A DNA stretch of 53,771 bases from the NCBI GenBank assembly GCA_035370505.1, contig DAOOVU010000002.1:1-53771 (forward strand), in the 5' to 3' direction. This document shows, piece after piece, positions 19,218 through 27,213 of this stretch. The notes under the pieces were generated by a model, which was not told where the DNA came from, ran no database searches, and saw nothing but the letters and a program-made list of their open reading frames with translations. The translations under genes and the position numbers were made by a program. Source of the stretch: Candidatus Dojkabacteria bacterium. Its GTDB lineage: Bacteria > Patescibacteriota > Dojkabacteria > SC72. Each line of letters opens with the position of its first letter. Within the stretch, counting starts at the first letter, position 1.

Positions 19218-19520
19218 CTAAAATTTGAACGTCTTAAGTATAAGGTAAAATATTATCAAAAAGAATGCAGGAATCAAGAAGGCAAGTATTAGCGTACTTA
19301 GGGAATATTCTTTTTCCTGTGTTGGAGTTTGATTTTCTTGATCTGTGTTTTGTTCCTCCGCTACTTGAGTATTTTCGTCAGTATCTGTAGAGTCCTGTAC
19401 AACAGGAGCTGAAAGTTCTTGAGTTTCTGTTGTATCTGTAGGCTGTTCTTCCTGTGCAAATGCACTTATGGGTGAAATGAGGAGTAGTAATGTTGCGAAA
19501 ATTTGTATAACATTTTTCAT
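19218..19520 (-). CDS. Small secreted/anchored acidic protein (hypothetical)
   Basis: 100 aa. Signal peptide MKNVIQIFATLLLLISPISAFA, an E/Q/T/D-rich low-complexity middle, and a C-terminal TM helix LILAFLIPAFFLIIFYLIL. Confidence 0.5.
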   Translation of the reverse strand: MKNVIQIFATLLLLISPISAFAQEEQPTDTTETQELSAPVVQDSTDTDENTQVAEEQNTDQENQTPTQEKEYSLSTLILAFLIPAFFLIIFYLILKTFKF

Positions 19521-19545
19521 TAAGCATATGTTACCATATATTCAC

Positions 19546-20175
19546 ATGATATATCCAGATATTGAGTTAGAAAAAAAATTATGGAATTCTGGCAAGAGGG
19601 TAGTGGTGGGTCTAGATGAAGTAGGAAGAGGTCCTCTTGCTGGTCCTGTTGTTGCTGGTGCATTGGTTATATCTGGAGAAGAGTGTGTTGTTGAAGGTGT
19701 AAGAGATAGTAAGAAAATGAGTTTAAAACAGAGAGAGCGTAGTTATGATTTGATTGTTGAGAAATCAACAGCGTACGGAATAGGCGTTGTTAGTTCTGAT
19801 GAAATAGATAGGATTGGGATTAAGTATGCTGTTTTGGCGGCAATGAGGGAGGCAGTTAGTCAGGTGGAGAGTAAGTTAGGGAGTACAGTAGATTATATAA
19901 TAGCCGATGGTGGTATTTATCCATTGAGAGATCATGATATGGATATTTTGAATAAAGGTGATATGTATCATTACAGTATTGCTGGTGCTTCTGTACTTGC
20001 TAAGGTGACTAGAGATAGGATGATGGCGAGTTATGCAACTATTTATCCAATGTATGGATTTGAAAGAAATGTTGGTTATGGAACTAAAGAGCATATTGAG
20101 GCTATACAGAAGTTCGGTATTTGTGAAATACATAGAAAAACTTTCGAACCAATAAAAAGTATGTTAAGGGATTAA
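19546..20175 (+). CDS. rnhB: Ribonuclease HII
   Basis: VVGLDEVGRGPLAGPVV (catalytic DE), DSKKMS, and ADG..YHYSIAGASVLAKV. I start at ATG 19546 (MIYPDIE) rather than track start 19468, which overlaps the divergent neighbour. Confidence 0.92.
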   Translation: MIYPDIELEKKLWNSGKRVVVGLDEVGRGPLAGPVVAGALVISGEECVVEGVRDSKKMSLKQRERSYDLIVEKSTAYGIGVVSSDEIDRIGIKYAVLAAMREAVSQVESKLGSTVDYIIADGGIYPLRDHDMDILNKGDMYHYSIAGASVLAKVTRDRMMASYATIYPMYGFERNVGYGTKEHIEAIQKFGICEIHRKTFEPIKSMLRD

Positions 20176-20257
20176 TATAATTTGAATATTTATGCAACCT
20201 TGTACATGGGGTTGTATTGTCATCATTTTTAATAGTATAATCCTCTGTCATTTGTGT

Positions 20258-20330
20258 GGGGCGCTAGCTCATCCGGTAGAGCAACTGCCTTTTAAGCAGT
20301 AGGTGTCGAGTTCGAGTCTCGAGCGCCTCA
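20258..20330 (+). tRNA. tRNA-Lys (anticodon TTT), no encoded CCA
   Basis: GGGGCGC-TA-GCTC-ATCCGGTA-GAGC-A-ACTGC-CTTTTAA-GCAGT-AGGTG-TCGAG-TTCGAGT-CTCGA-GCGCCTC-A. Confidence 0.93.
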
Positions 20331-20333
20331 TTT

Positions 20334-21797
20334 TTAATGTATTTCCTCTAGGATAAGTCTTCCAATGTTTTGTTCTACACCATATGCTAGGTTAAGAATG
20401 GTTTGTTCATCAAATCTTCGTCCAATAAACTGGACACCTGTAGGCATATTATCCGATAATCCAGAAGGTATAGTTATTCCGGGAAGTCCAGCTTCGGAAC
20501 TTCCTTCTGCTAGAATATCAGCGATTTCTCCAAACAATGGGTTTTGAGCATCTTGATCAGATAGAGCAGTTGAAGGTGTTGTCGGAGCGACTATCGCATC
20601 ATATTTCTTAAGTACTTCTTCCAAATTCTCTTTAATCATTTGTCTCACTTGTTCAGATTTTCTAAAGTATTCATCAGCATATCCAGATGAAAGAGAAAAA
20701 GTTCCAGTCATTATTCTTCTCTTTGGTTCTTTTCCAAATCCTTCTCCTCGAGTGCTTTCGTAGTATTCTTTTATGGTTCTATTACTACTTCCTTCTAAAC
20801 CGAATCTTGTTCCATCGTACCTTGCGAGATTTGATGAAACTTCACTCCTGCATGTGATTGTATATACAGCCATAGAATACTTTGGATCAAGGACATTTAC
20901 TTCATCTATTTTTATTCCAAAGTCTCTTAGTATTTCTACACATTTTAGAAAATTTTTTCTTACACCATCTGATAATTCTAGGTTTAGGTATTCAACTGGT
21001 AGTGCAATATGCATGTTTTTCAATTCATCAACAGATAAATCTACAAAGTAATTAGGAATTTTCATTGAAGAAGAGGTCATATCATTGTTATCTTTTCCAG
21101 CAATTATTTCTAAAATATATGCAGAATCTTGAACAGATTTTGTCAAAGGCCCTGGGCAATCTAAAGATGAGCCCATTGCAAGTACTCCATATCTTGAAAC
21201 TCTTCCATAGGTGGGTTTCAGACCCACTAAACCACACCAAGATGCTGGAAGTCTTATCGACCCCGCAGTCTCTGTCCCTATTGATGCACAACATAGGTCA
21301 GCACTAAGGGCAGCAGCAGAACCTCCGCTCGACCCTCCAGGTAGTTTTGTTGTGTTCCATGGATTTCTAGAAGGTCCATAGTATGATGTAGCAGTCCCAG
21401 ATCCATGACAAAATTCATCTAAATTCGTCTTTCCCAAAATTATGGCTTCTTGATCTAGAAGTTTTTGTACTACTGTTGCATTGTAAACGGGAACATATCC
21501 ATCAAGAATATGTGATGCACATGTAGTAAGTATTCCTTTGGTTGAAAATACATCTTTTATTGATATTGGTAATCCGCTAAGCTTTTTGTCTTTGTATTTT
21601 TCAAAATTGTTATCAAATTCCTTTGCTTTGTCTAAAGCCTGCTCTCTGCACACAGTGATATATGAATTTAATTTTGAGTCATATTCATCTATCCTTTTAA
21701 GATAATAGTTGACTAATTCAGTAGCAGATATGCCTTTATTTAATATTTTCTCTCTAAGTTGGGTTAATGTAAGATTGTCAATCATATTTTTTTGCAT
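20334..21797 (-). CDS. gatA: Glu/Asp-tRNA amidotransferase subunit A
   Basis: Amidase signature GGSSGGSAAALSADLCCASIGTETAGSIRLPAS. 487 aa. Confidence 0.95.
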   Translation of the reverse strand: MQKNMIDNLTLTQLREKILNKGISATELVNYYLKRIDEYDSKLNSYITVCREQALDKAKEFDNNFEKYKDKKLSGLPISIKDVFSTKGILTTCASHILDGYVPVYNATVVQKLLDQEAIILGKTNLDEFCHGSGTATSYYGPSRNPWNTTKLPGGSSGGSAAALSADLCCASIGTETAGSIRLPASWCGLVGLKPTYGRVSRYGVLAMGSSLDCPGPLTKSVQDSAYILEIIAGKDNNDMTSSSMKIPNYFVDLSVDELKNMHIALPVEYLNLELSDGVRKNFLKCVEILRDFGIKIDEVNVLDPKYSMAVYTITCRSEVSSNLARYDGTRFGLEGSSNRTIKEYYESTRGEGFGKEPKRRIMTGTFSLSSGYADEYFRKSEQVRQMIKENLEEVLKKYDAIVAPTTPSTALSDQDAQNPLFGEIADILAEGSSEAGLPGITIPSGLSDNMPTGVQFIGRRFDEQTILNLAYGVEQNIGRLILEEIH

Positions 21798-21818
21798 AAT
21801 AATTCGGTTTCTATTCTA

Positions 21819-22388
21819 TCAGAATACAAAATAAATGGAAATTGATACTGCTAAAGTTACAATTGTTCCTGCTATTACCTGAGGTGTTGTATGTTTGCTT
21901 AATTCTATTCTGGCCCAAGCAATCAATGGTGTAAATATGAATAGTGCTAGAGAATATGGTGATTTAGTAACATAATAGATTGTTGAAAAAAGAAGTGTAG
22001 AGAATGTCATATGTCCACTGATTTTCCAGAAGAAGGTAATCAATGTGAGAACTCCTGTTGAAGCAAAAAGGGCTAGTGAAGTATTTGTAAGCATTTCAAT
22101 GTTTTCTGCTTGTATAAAAACATGCATTATCCCAAAAAGTGCTGTGAGAGTAATAAAAAATGGCGGTCTTTCCCTTCTGTCGGTTATATCATGATCGGAT
22201 ATTTTAAAATATCTTTTTACTGTGAAGTAAGATACTAGAGGTATTAGTGCATATATAATTGAATAGATAATCTTTGATTGTAAATTAAGATTGGAAAATA
22301 TTATAGGGATTATCATGGATAGGACCATTGTTAAAAATCCATTGAATACTTCTGATATTATTTTCGCGATTTTTTGTGATTTTGTCAT
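21819..22388 (-). CDS. PAP2-like integral membrane phosphatase (putative)
   Basis: Six hydrophobic helices. Motifs resemble PAP2 C1-C3: K..(x)..RRERP, ISGHMTFS, and ARIELSKHTTPQ (the last Asp is replaced by Gln). Confidence 0.5.
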   Translation of the reverse strand: MTKSQKIAKIISEVFNGFLTMVLSMIIPIIFSNLNLQSKIIYSIIYALIPLVSYFTVKRYFKISDHDITDRRERPPFFITLTALFGIMHVFIQAENIEMLTNTSLALFASTGVLTLITFFWKISGHMTFSTLLFSTIYYVTKSPYSLALFIFTPLIAWARIELSKHTTPQVIAGTIVTLAVSISIYFVF

Positions 22389-22407
22389 GTGTTTATTGTA
22401 TCAATTT

Positions 22408-22815
22408 TTATTCACCAAGTAACTGTTTTTTTACTTCATCTTTATCCTTTTTTGTTAAAACTGCTATATTCTTTGGTAAGTCATAGAGAGATGTATTAGT
22501 TTGTTCCAATATTTTTAATATTTCTTGAGGATCATCGTCACCTGCAATTCTGTTTAATGATATTTTTCCACATTTGTCGCATCTGTGCACTATCATAATT
22601 TCTCCTTGCTTTTTTCTCCCATACTTATCTAATCCTTCGTTTTTGAATGTCAACGCAATTGGCTTCATTCTGCTATGACAATTAGATTTTCTATCTCCAG
22701 GTTTTACAGAGTCCATATGCATAGAGTAAAGGCAGTGTGGACAATGGTTTCTATGACTTGTGCCGATGAACTTTCCTTCAGAGAAATTTTTTCCACAATT
22801 AATACAATGAGTCAT
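22408..22815 (-). CDS. RNHCP-domain zinc-finger protein
   Basis: CINCGK...SHRNHCPHCLYSMH...CHS...HRCDKCGK contains the literal RNHCP motif of the family of that name, plus 3 Cys/His clusters. Confidence 0.75.
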   Translation of the reverse strand: MTHCINCGKNFSEGKFIGTSHRNHCPHCLYSMHMDSVKPGDRKSNCHSRMKPIALTFKNEGLDKYGRKKQGEIMIVHRCDKCGKISLNRIAGDDDPQEILKILEQTNTSLYDLPKNIAVLTKKDKDEVKKQLLGE

Positions 22816-22817
22816 TG

Positions 22818-23897
22818 TTATAGTAGTGTTTTTCCATTTTCCGCAAGTTCTGCGGATAATTGCTTTAATATTGTCGGGTGAGTTTCTATTACAAATCCAA
22901 GCTTACTGTTTGGGAGTCCCCAAGCTGTATTGTTTTTCTCTTTTTGTTGAACGAGGTCAACTGTAGTCATAGCTGTTTTATCAGTAAGAGGAGATGAGTG
23001 ATTTATTCTTCCATAATAGTCAGTTCCAGAAAGTTCTATTAGTCCAATATCTTTCGGTGTATTTGTAAGTATGTTATCAATGAACTGAATTCGTCGATTT
23101 TCTGCCTCCTCCCAGAATTGTTGTTTTTGTTCTTGTGTCATATGCTCAAAATTAACTGGGGTTTCAAAAAATGGTGCTATTGCTCTGATATCCAGGGAAA
23201 GTAAGAGCGGAAGGTTTTCTCTAGAGAGTATATTTTTTAAATCTTCATAGGCGTTTAAATTGCTCACTAAATCAGGTAAATTTTTGCTAGGCTTTAGTTC
23301 TATTGCACTGTAAAAAGATCTCCCATTCATATCATTTTTAATGTCTTTTAGTATTCTCACTGTGGAAGGTATATTATCAAGAGCTTGTGCAGAATCGAGT
23401 CTTAAAAGACCAAATTTTTCTTTAGACATCATTGCATTCAAAAGTGATTTAGTTTCAATTTGTCCCTCTTGTTCATTTGTGTGCATAAGGAATTCTCCTG
23501 CGACATTAGTTATTGTTTTAACAAACTCTTTTGGAGAAGTACCATTCTTTTTAATCCTTTCTGAATATGCCTCTGCGATTTCCTTCAAGCCAGTATATAC
23601 TGGGTAATCAACGCTTTGAATTGGTATATTTGATTTTAGAATTGTTTCAATATCAAAAGCTCTTGCGGATACTACAGACATTCCATTAATAATTTCCGAA
23701 TCCATGCTTTCACTTATATTATTCAAAGTATGTTCGGTGAGTGGTTTAGGATAGACCGTAGAGACCAAAAGTTCTCCCTTATCTTTTAATGTTTCTGTAG
23801 GAATCGCAGACATCATATCTAAACTGATATTTCTTCTCTCCAATTGTTGAAGATTTTCATTAGCATTTTCTGATAACTGTTGATTCTCATTTTCCAT
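22818..23897 (-). CDS. Hypothetical protein, 359 aa, no recognisable motif
   Basis: Long ORF packed 15 nt after the helicase stop and 2 nt before the RNHCP start. No TM helix or signal peptide. I recognise no catalytic motif. Confidence 0.6.
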   Translation of the reverse strand: MENENQQLSENANENLQQLERRNISLDMMSAIPTETLKDKGELLVSTVYPKPLTEHTLNNISESMDSEIINGMSVVSARAFDIETILKSNIPIQSVDYPVYTGLKEIAEAYSERIKKNGTSPKEFVKTITNVAGEFLMHTNEQEGQIETKSLLNAMMSKEKFGLLRLDSAQALDNIPSTVRILKDIKNDMNGRSFYSAIELKPSKNLPDLVSNLNAYEDLKNILSRENLPLLLSLDIRAIAPFFETPVNFEHMTQEQKQQFWEEAENRRIQFIDNILTNTPKDIGLIELSGTDYYGRINHSSPLTDKTAMTTVDLVQQKEKNNTAWGLPNSKLGFVIETHPTILKQLSAELAENGKTLL

Positions 23898-23912
23898 AGT
23901 GGAATTATACCT

Positions 23913-26189
23913 TTAATTTACAGATGATTCTAGAATGGAATTATCATGTGTTGTGAGTATGTATAGTTTGTGTAATGCTCGTGTCATAGCGACATATAGT
24001 TTTTTTATGTCTATTTCATCAGTAGAGTAGTACTCATCACAAAGATCAGGAATTACCACTGTGTCAAATTCTAGTCCTTTTGAATTCGAAATTGGAAGAA
24101 CAAGTAGTCCAGCCTGATAATTATTTTCAGTATAGTCAAATACCTCTTTTCCTATTTCTGCTTCATGTCTTTTTAATTTGGAGAAAAGTTCATCAGCGTG
24201 TGCTCGGTCTTTACACAAAACAGCACATGTAACAAATCCTTTTTCAAATTGATCTTTTAATATTTTTATTAATTTCTTTATTTCAGATTCTTGTACTTTT
24301 GAAACGAAATCAGTGAATTTAATTATCTCAACTGGCTCTCCATGTCTGATTACCGCTTCAGGAAGTTCATATGAGCTATCTAGAAATGATTTCATTACTT
24401 TATTTGCAAATTGTACTATTTCTATTGTGGTTCTGTAGCATTTATTAAGGTTGTAATATTTTACTTTCTTTCCAGTGTATTCTTCTATCAGGTTTAATGT
24501 ATTTTTCCAATCTTTGATAAAGAAGGGGGGAATTATTGATTGGGCAGGATCTCCTGCAATTGTTAAATTCCCATTTTTTGCAATGAGGCATAAGGTTGCT
24601 ATCTGAACAAAACTCATATCTTGAGCTTCATCGGCTACTACGCAATCTTTTTGATATGATTTTGTTCCATAAATTTTAAGATGCAAGTATATCATTGGAG
24701 CTAAATCTTCTATTCTGTATGTGTGTATTTTCCCATCAGTATTAAGACCTTTAAGTGTGTAATCACAAATATCTTTTGGAAGGAGTTTTGTTTTGAAAAG
24801 TTTTTTGTAAAGAGAGTAGATTTTTAATGATTTTCTGAAATACTGTGTTAATCTGCTCCTAGGCTCGGTAAAATTTTGGTATCTCTTCTTTTGTAGGTTC
24901 GATGTAAGTTCTTCTTGGTGTAAAGCATATTCCATAGCTAGCTCCAAACGCTCAGCCATATCTATGTTATTGAATTTATTTTTCAATTCGTAATATCTAT
25001 CAATAATCACCTCTTTATGTGCATATGGAATATTATCTAGAATATCTTTCTCCAATTCCAACATGTATTTGTTAAGTATTTGCAAAAAATTAATCGAGCC
25101 CTTGTACTCCTTTATAGCAAGATTTTCTTTATTTGGAGAAATAGTGTAATAATCGTCCCATCCTAAAACCTTCTTTCCCCAAAAAAGATATGTCAGACTG
25201 TCGACTTTTGATATCCCCAAGTTTGGAAGGACATCAGAAATATAGTCTATGAATAACTGATTTGGTGCTATAACTAGAGTGTTTTCATTTGAGATATTCT
25301 CCTTGTATGTATAGAGCAAATAGGCAAGCCTATGCAAAAGAATTGTAGTTTTGCCACTACCTGCAACTCCCTGTATTACTATTGGGCTATTAATGCTCTC
25401 TCTTATGATTTTATTCTGTTGGGCTTGTATTGTTGAAACAATATCCTGAAGCTTTTTCCCTAATCTTCCTTCAAGTTGGGCCAGAAGGAATTCGTCCGCA
25501 GTCTCATTTCCAGATTTCGCATCATATATACCCTTAATTCTAGCCTGAGAAATTTGAAACTGTCTTTTTTGGAGTAAATCTCCCTTTTTTTCTCCAATTG
25601 GGGCCATGAATGATACATTTTTTTGAGGACCAGAATTTTGATAGTACAAATTGGCAATAGGTGATCTCCAGTCTATTATTAAGGGCAAATGAGTTTCGTT
25701 ATCCATTCTTGCAAATTTGCCAATATACAGAATAAGTGGCTTGCTAGTGGAAGAGTCTGAAGAAAGAAAAGAAATCCTGCCAAAATACGGAGAATCAAGA
25801 ACTGCCAATTCCTGATTTATCCTATCGACAATTTTTTCGATTTCGGCAATTATTTTGTTGTATACTATTTTTGCCTCGATTATTGAGTTTTGACCAGACT
25901 CGGCTTCAATTATCAATGCCTGATTTTCCAAATCTGTTTCCAACGAGTGGAGCTTCTGAAGTAGAAATTTTAGTTTTGAAGAGGTAATTTTGGTGACATG
26001 CTCTAGGTATGGATATTCCTCTTTGAGGATACTAGTATCCTTCCGAACATTGGAAAAGTCCAAGATGGAATCGATATCTTTATATATAGGATTGAGATAT
26101 TTAGTGAATGTTTGCATAAAGGTGAGAACTAGGACGGAGTATACAACAAACATGCCAATATCACAACGAATAACTTTCTTTTTGTGCAT
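23913..26189 (-). CDS. HelD-like (helicase IV-like) UvrD/Rep superfamily 1 helicase
   Basis: SPYFGRISF (HelD-type N-terminal motif), Walker A GVAGSGKTT, motif II VVADEAQDMS, and motif VI LYVAMTRALHKLYIL. The first ~260 aa are coiled-coil. I use ATG 26189 rather than the TTG at 26213. Confidence 0.8.
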   Translation of the reverse strand: MHKKKVIRCDIGMFVVYSVLVLTFMQTFTKYLNPIYKDIDSILDFSNVRKDTSILKEEYPYLEHVTKITSSKLKFLLQKLHSLETDLENQALIIEAESGQNSIIEAKIVYNKIIAEIEKIVDRINQELAVLDSPYFGRISFLSSDSSTSKPLILYIGKFARMDNETHLPLIIDWRSPIANLYYQNSGPQKNVSFMAPIGEKKGDLLQKRQFQISQARIKGIYDAKSGNETADEFLLAQLEGRLGKKLQDIVSTIQAQQNKIIRESINSPIVIQGVAGSGKTTILLHRLAYLLYTYKENISNENTLVIAPNQLFIDYISDVLPNLGISKVDSLTYLFWGKKVLGWDDYYTISPNKENLAIKEYKGSINFLQILNKYMLELEKDILDNIPYAHKEVIIDRYYELKNKFNNIDMAERLELAMEYALHQEELTSNLQKKRYQNFTEPRSRLTQYFRKSLKIYSLYKKLFKTKLLPKDICDYTLKGLNTDGKIHTYRIEDLAPMIYLHLKIYGTKSYQKDCVVADEAQDMSFVQIATLCLIAKNGNLTIAGDPAQSIIPPFFIKDWKNTLNLIEEYTGKKVKYYNLNKCYRTTIEIVQFANKVMKSFLDSSYELPEAVIRHGEPVEIIKFTDFVSKVQESEIKKLIKILKDQFEKGFVTCAVLCKDRAHADELFSKLKRHEAEIGKEVFDYTENNYQAGLLVLPISNSKGLEFDTVVIPDLCDEYYSTDEIDIKKLYVAMTRALHKLYILTTHDNSILESSVN

Positions 26190-26209
26190 GGTTCTGCCTA
26201 GGTAGAACC
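26190..26209. repeat. 20-bp CCTAGG-centred imperfect palindrome, copy 1
   Basis: ggttctgCCTAGGtagaacc, immediately abutting the helicase ATG. 18/20 identical to copy 3. Confidence 0.8.
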
Positions 26210-26329
26210 TCAATGCAGCTATTAGTGATTTATTGAGATTTTACTCGAAGATGTTCATGTATGAAATTAGTACTATTTTGGTAGTTTTATTTGTTAAATG
26301 AGTATTTAATACAGGATTCTATTTGGAAT

Positions 26330-26349
26330 GGTATAACCTAGGTTCACCC
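26330..26349. repeat. CCTAGG-centred palindrome, weaker copy 2
   Basis: ggtataaCCTAGGttcaccc. The core AACCTAGGTT is a perfect 10-bp palindrome. 13/20 identical to copy 3. Confidence 0.55.
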
Positions 26350-26482
26350 TTATTCGTGGATTTATTTGTCAGAGTAAATATTTTTAGTTAAGGAAGGTCC
26401 TATTTCAGAAGAATACAAAAATGTGTAGATTGGTTCAAATATGTATACAAATACTTGAAAAATTGATTGTGAGAAGTAGTGT

Positions 26483-26502
26483 GGTTCTACCTAGGTAGGA
26501 CC
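26483..26502. repeat. 20-bp CCTAGG-centred imperfect palindrome, copy 3
   Basis: ggttctaCCTAGGtaggacc, ending 75 nt upstream of the dedA ATG. Confidence 0.8.
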
Positions 26503-26577
26503 TGGCCGGTACTCTTGTGATGTAGTTAATTTTCTGTCAGAATAGCGGAGTTACTAAATTAAGAATGGCGATTTTTT

Positions 26578-27213
26578 ATGATTTCTTCTTTTGTTGATTG
26601 GTTGGTAAGCATAATCGAAAGCATAGGGTATGTTGGTGTTTCTCTTGCCATGTTTATAGAGAGTTTTTTTGCTCCAATCCCCAGTGAGATAATACTTCCT
26701 TTTTCAGGGTTTGTTGCGTCGAAAGGAAGTTTAAATGTTTATTTAGTAACTATTTTTGCAACTATCTCAGCATATTTAGGATCTCTTCCATTCTATATAA
26801 TAGGGTATTTTGGCGACAAAAGTGTTCGCAAATTCCTTGAAAAATATGGAAAATATCTTTTCATTTCAAAGGAAGATTTGCAAAAGGGTTATGATGCATT
26901 TGCTAAGTTTGGTAATATTTTTGTGCTTATCGGTAGAGTTGTTCCGATTGTTCGTACGTTTATTTCATTCCCTGCGGGTGTGTCAAGAATGAACTTTGTG
27001 CGATTTTCCATATACACACTTATAGGTACTGCTGTTTGGTCGACACTATTAGTGATGGCAGGGTACTTTCTTAGGGAGCGATGGGAAACAGTTTCTGTAT
27101 ATGTGAATAAGTATGAAAATGCGATTATAGCATTAATTGTATTATGTGGGTGTGCATATATTTCCCACGGTATAGTTAAGGCGAAAAGGAATAAGAATAA
27201 GAAAGCTGATTAG
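26578..27213 (+). CDS. DedA-family (SNARE-associated) membrane protein
   Basis: FIESFFAPIPSEIILPFSGF and GRVVPIVRTFISFPAG are the typical DedA re-entrant loop motifs. Confidence 0.9.
   Translation: MISSFVDWLVSIIESIGYVGVSLAMFIESFFAPIPSEIILPFSGFVASKGSLNVYLVTIFATISAYLGSLPFYIIGYFGDKSVRKFLEKYGKYLFISKEDLQKGYDAFAKFGNIFVLIGRVVPIVRTFISFPAGVSRMNFVRFSIYTLIGTAVWSTLLVMAGYFLRERWETVSVYVNKYENAIIALIVLCGCAYISHGIVKAKRNKNKKAD

Noticed and set aside
20194-20230. Hairpin GCAACC-N10-GGTTGT after rnhB as a terminator
   Set aside because: The stem is only 6 bp including a G-U pair, the loop is 10 nt, and the T-run is displaced by ~10 nt. This is too weak to call.
26390-26400. AAGGAAGGTCC, resembling the RNase P RNA CR-I motif GAGGAAAGUCC
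   Set aside because: Only about 190 nt remain before dedA. I cannot find the partner P4 strand or the ACAGAA..GGCUUA-type CR-IV/V elements on either strand, so the match is probably coincidental. It may instead be a half-site of the palindrome family (GGTCCTA).
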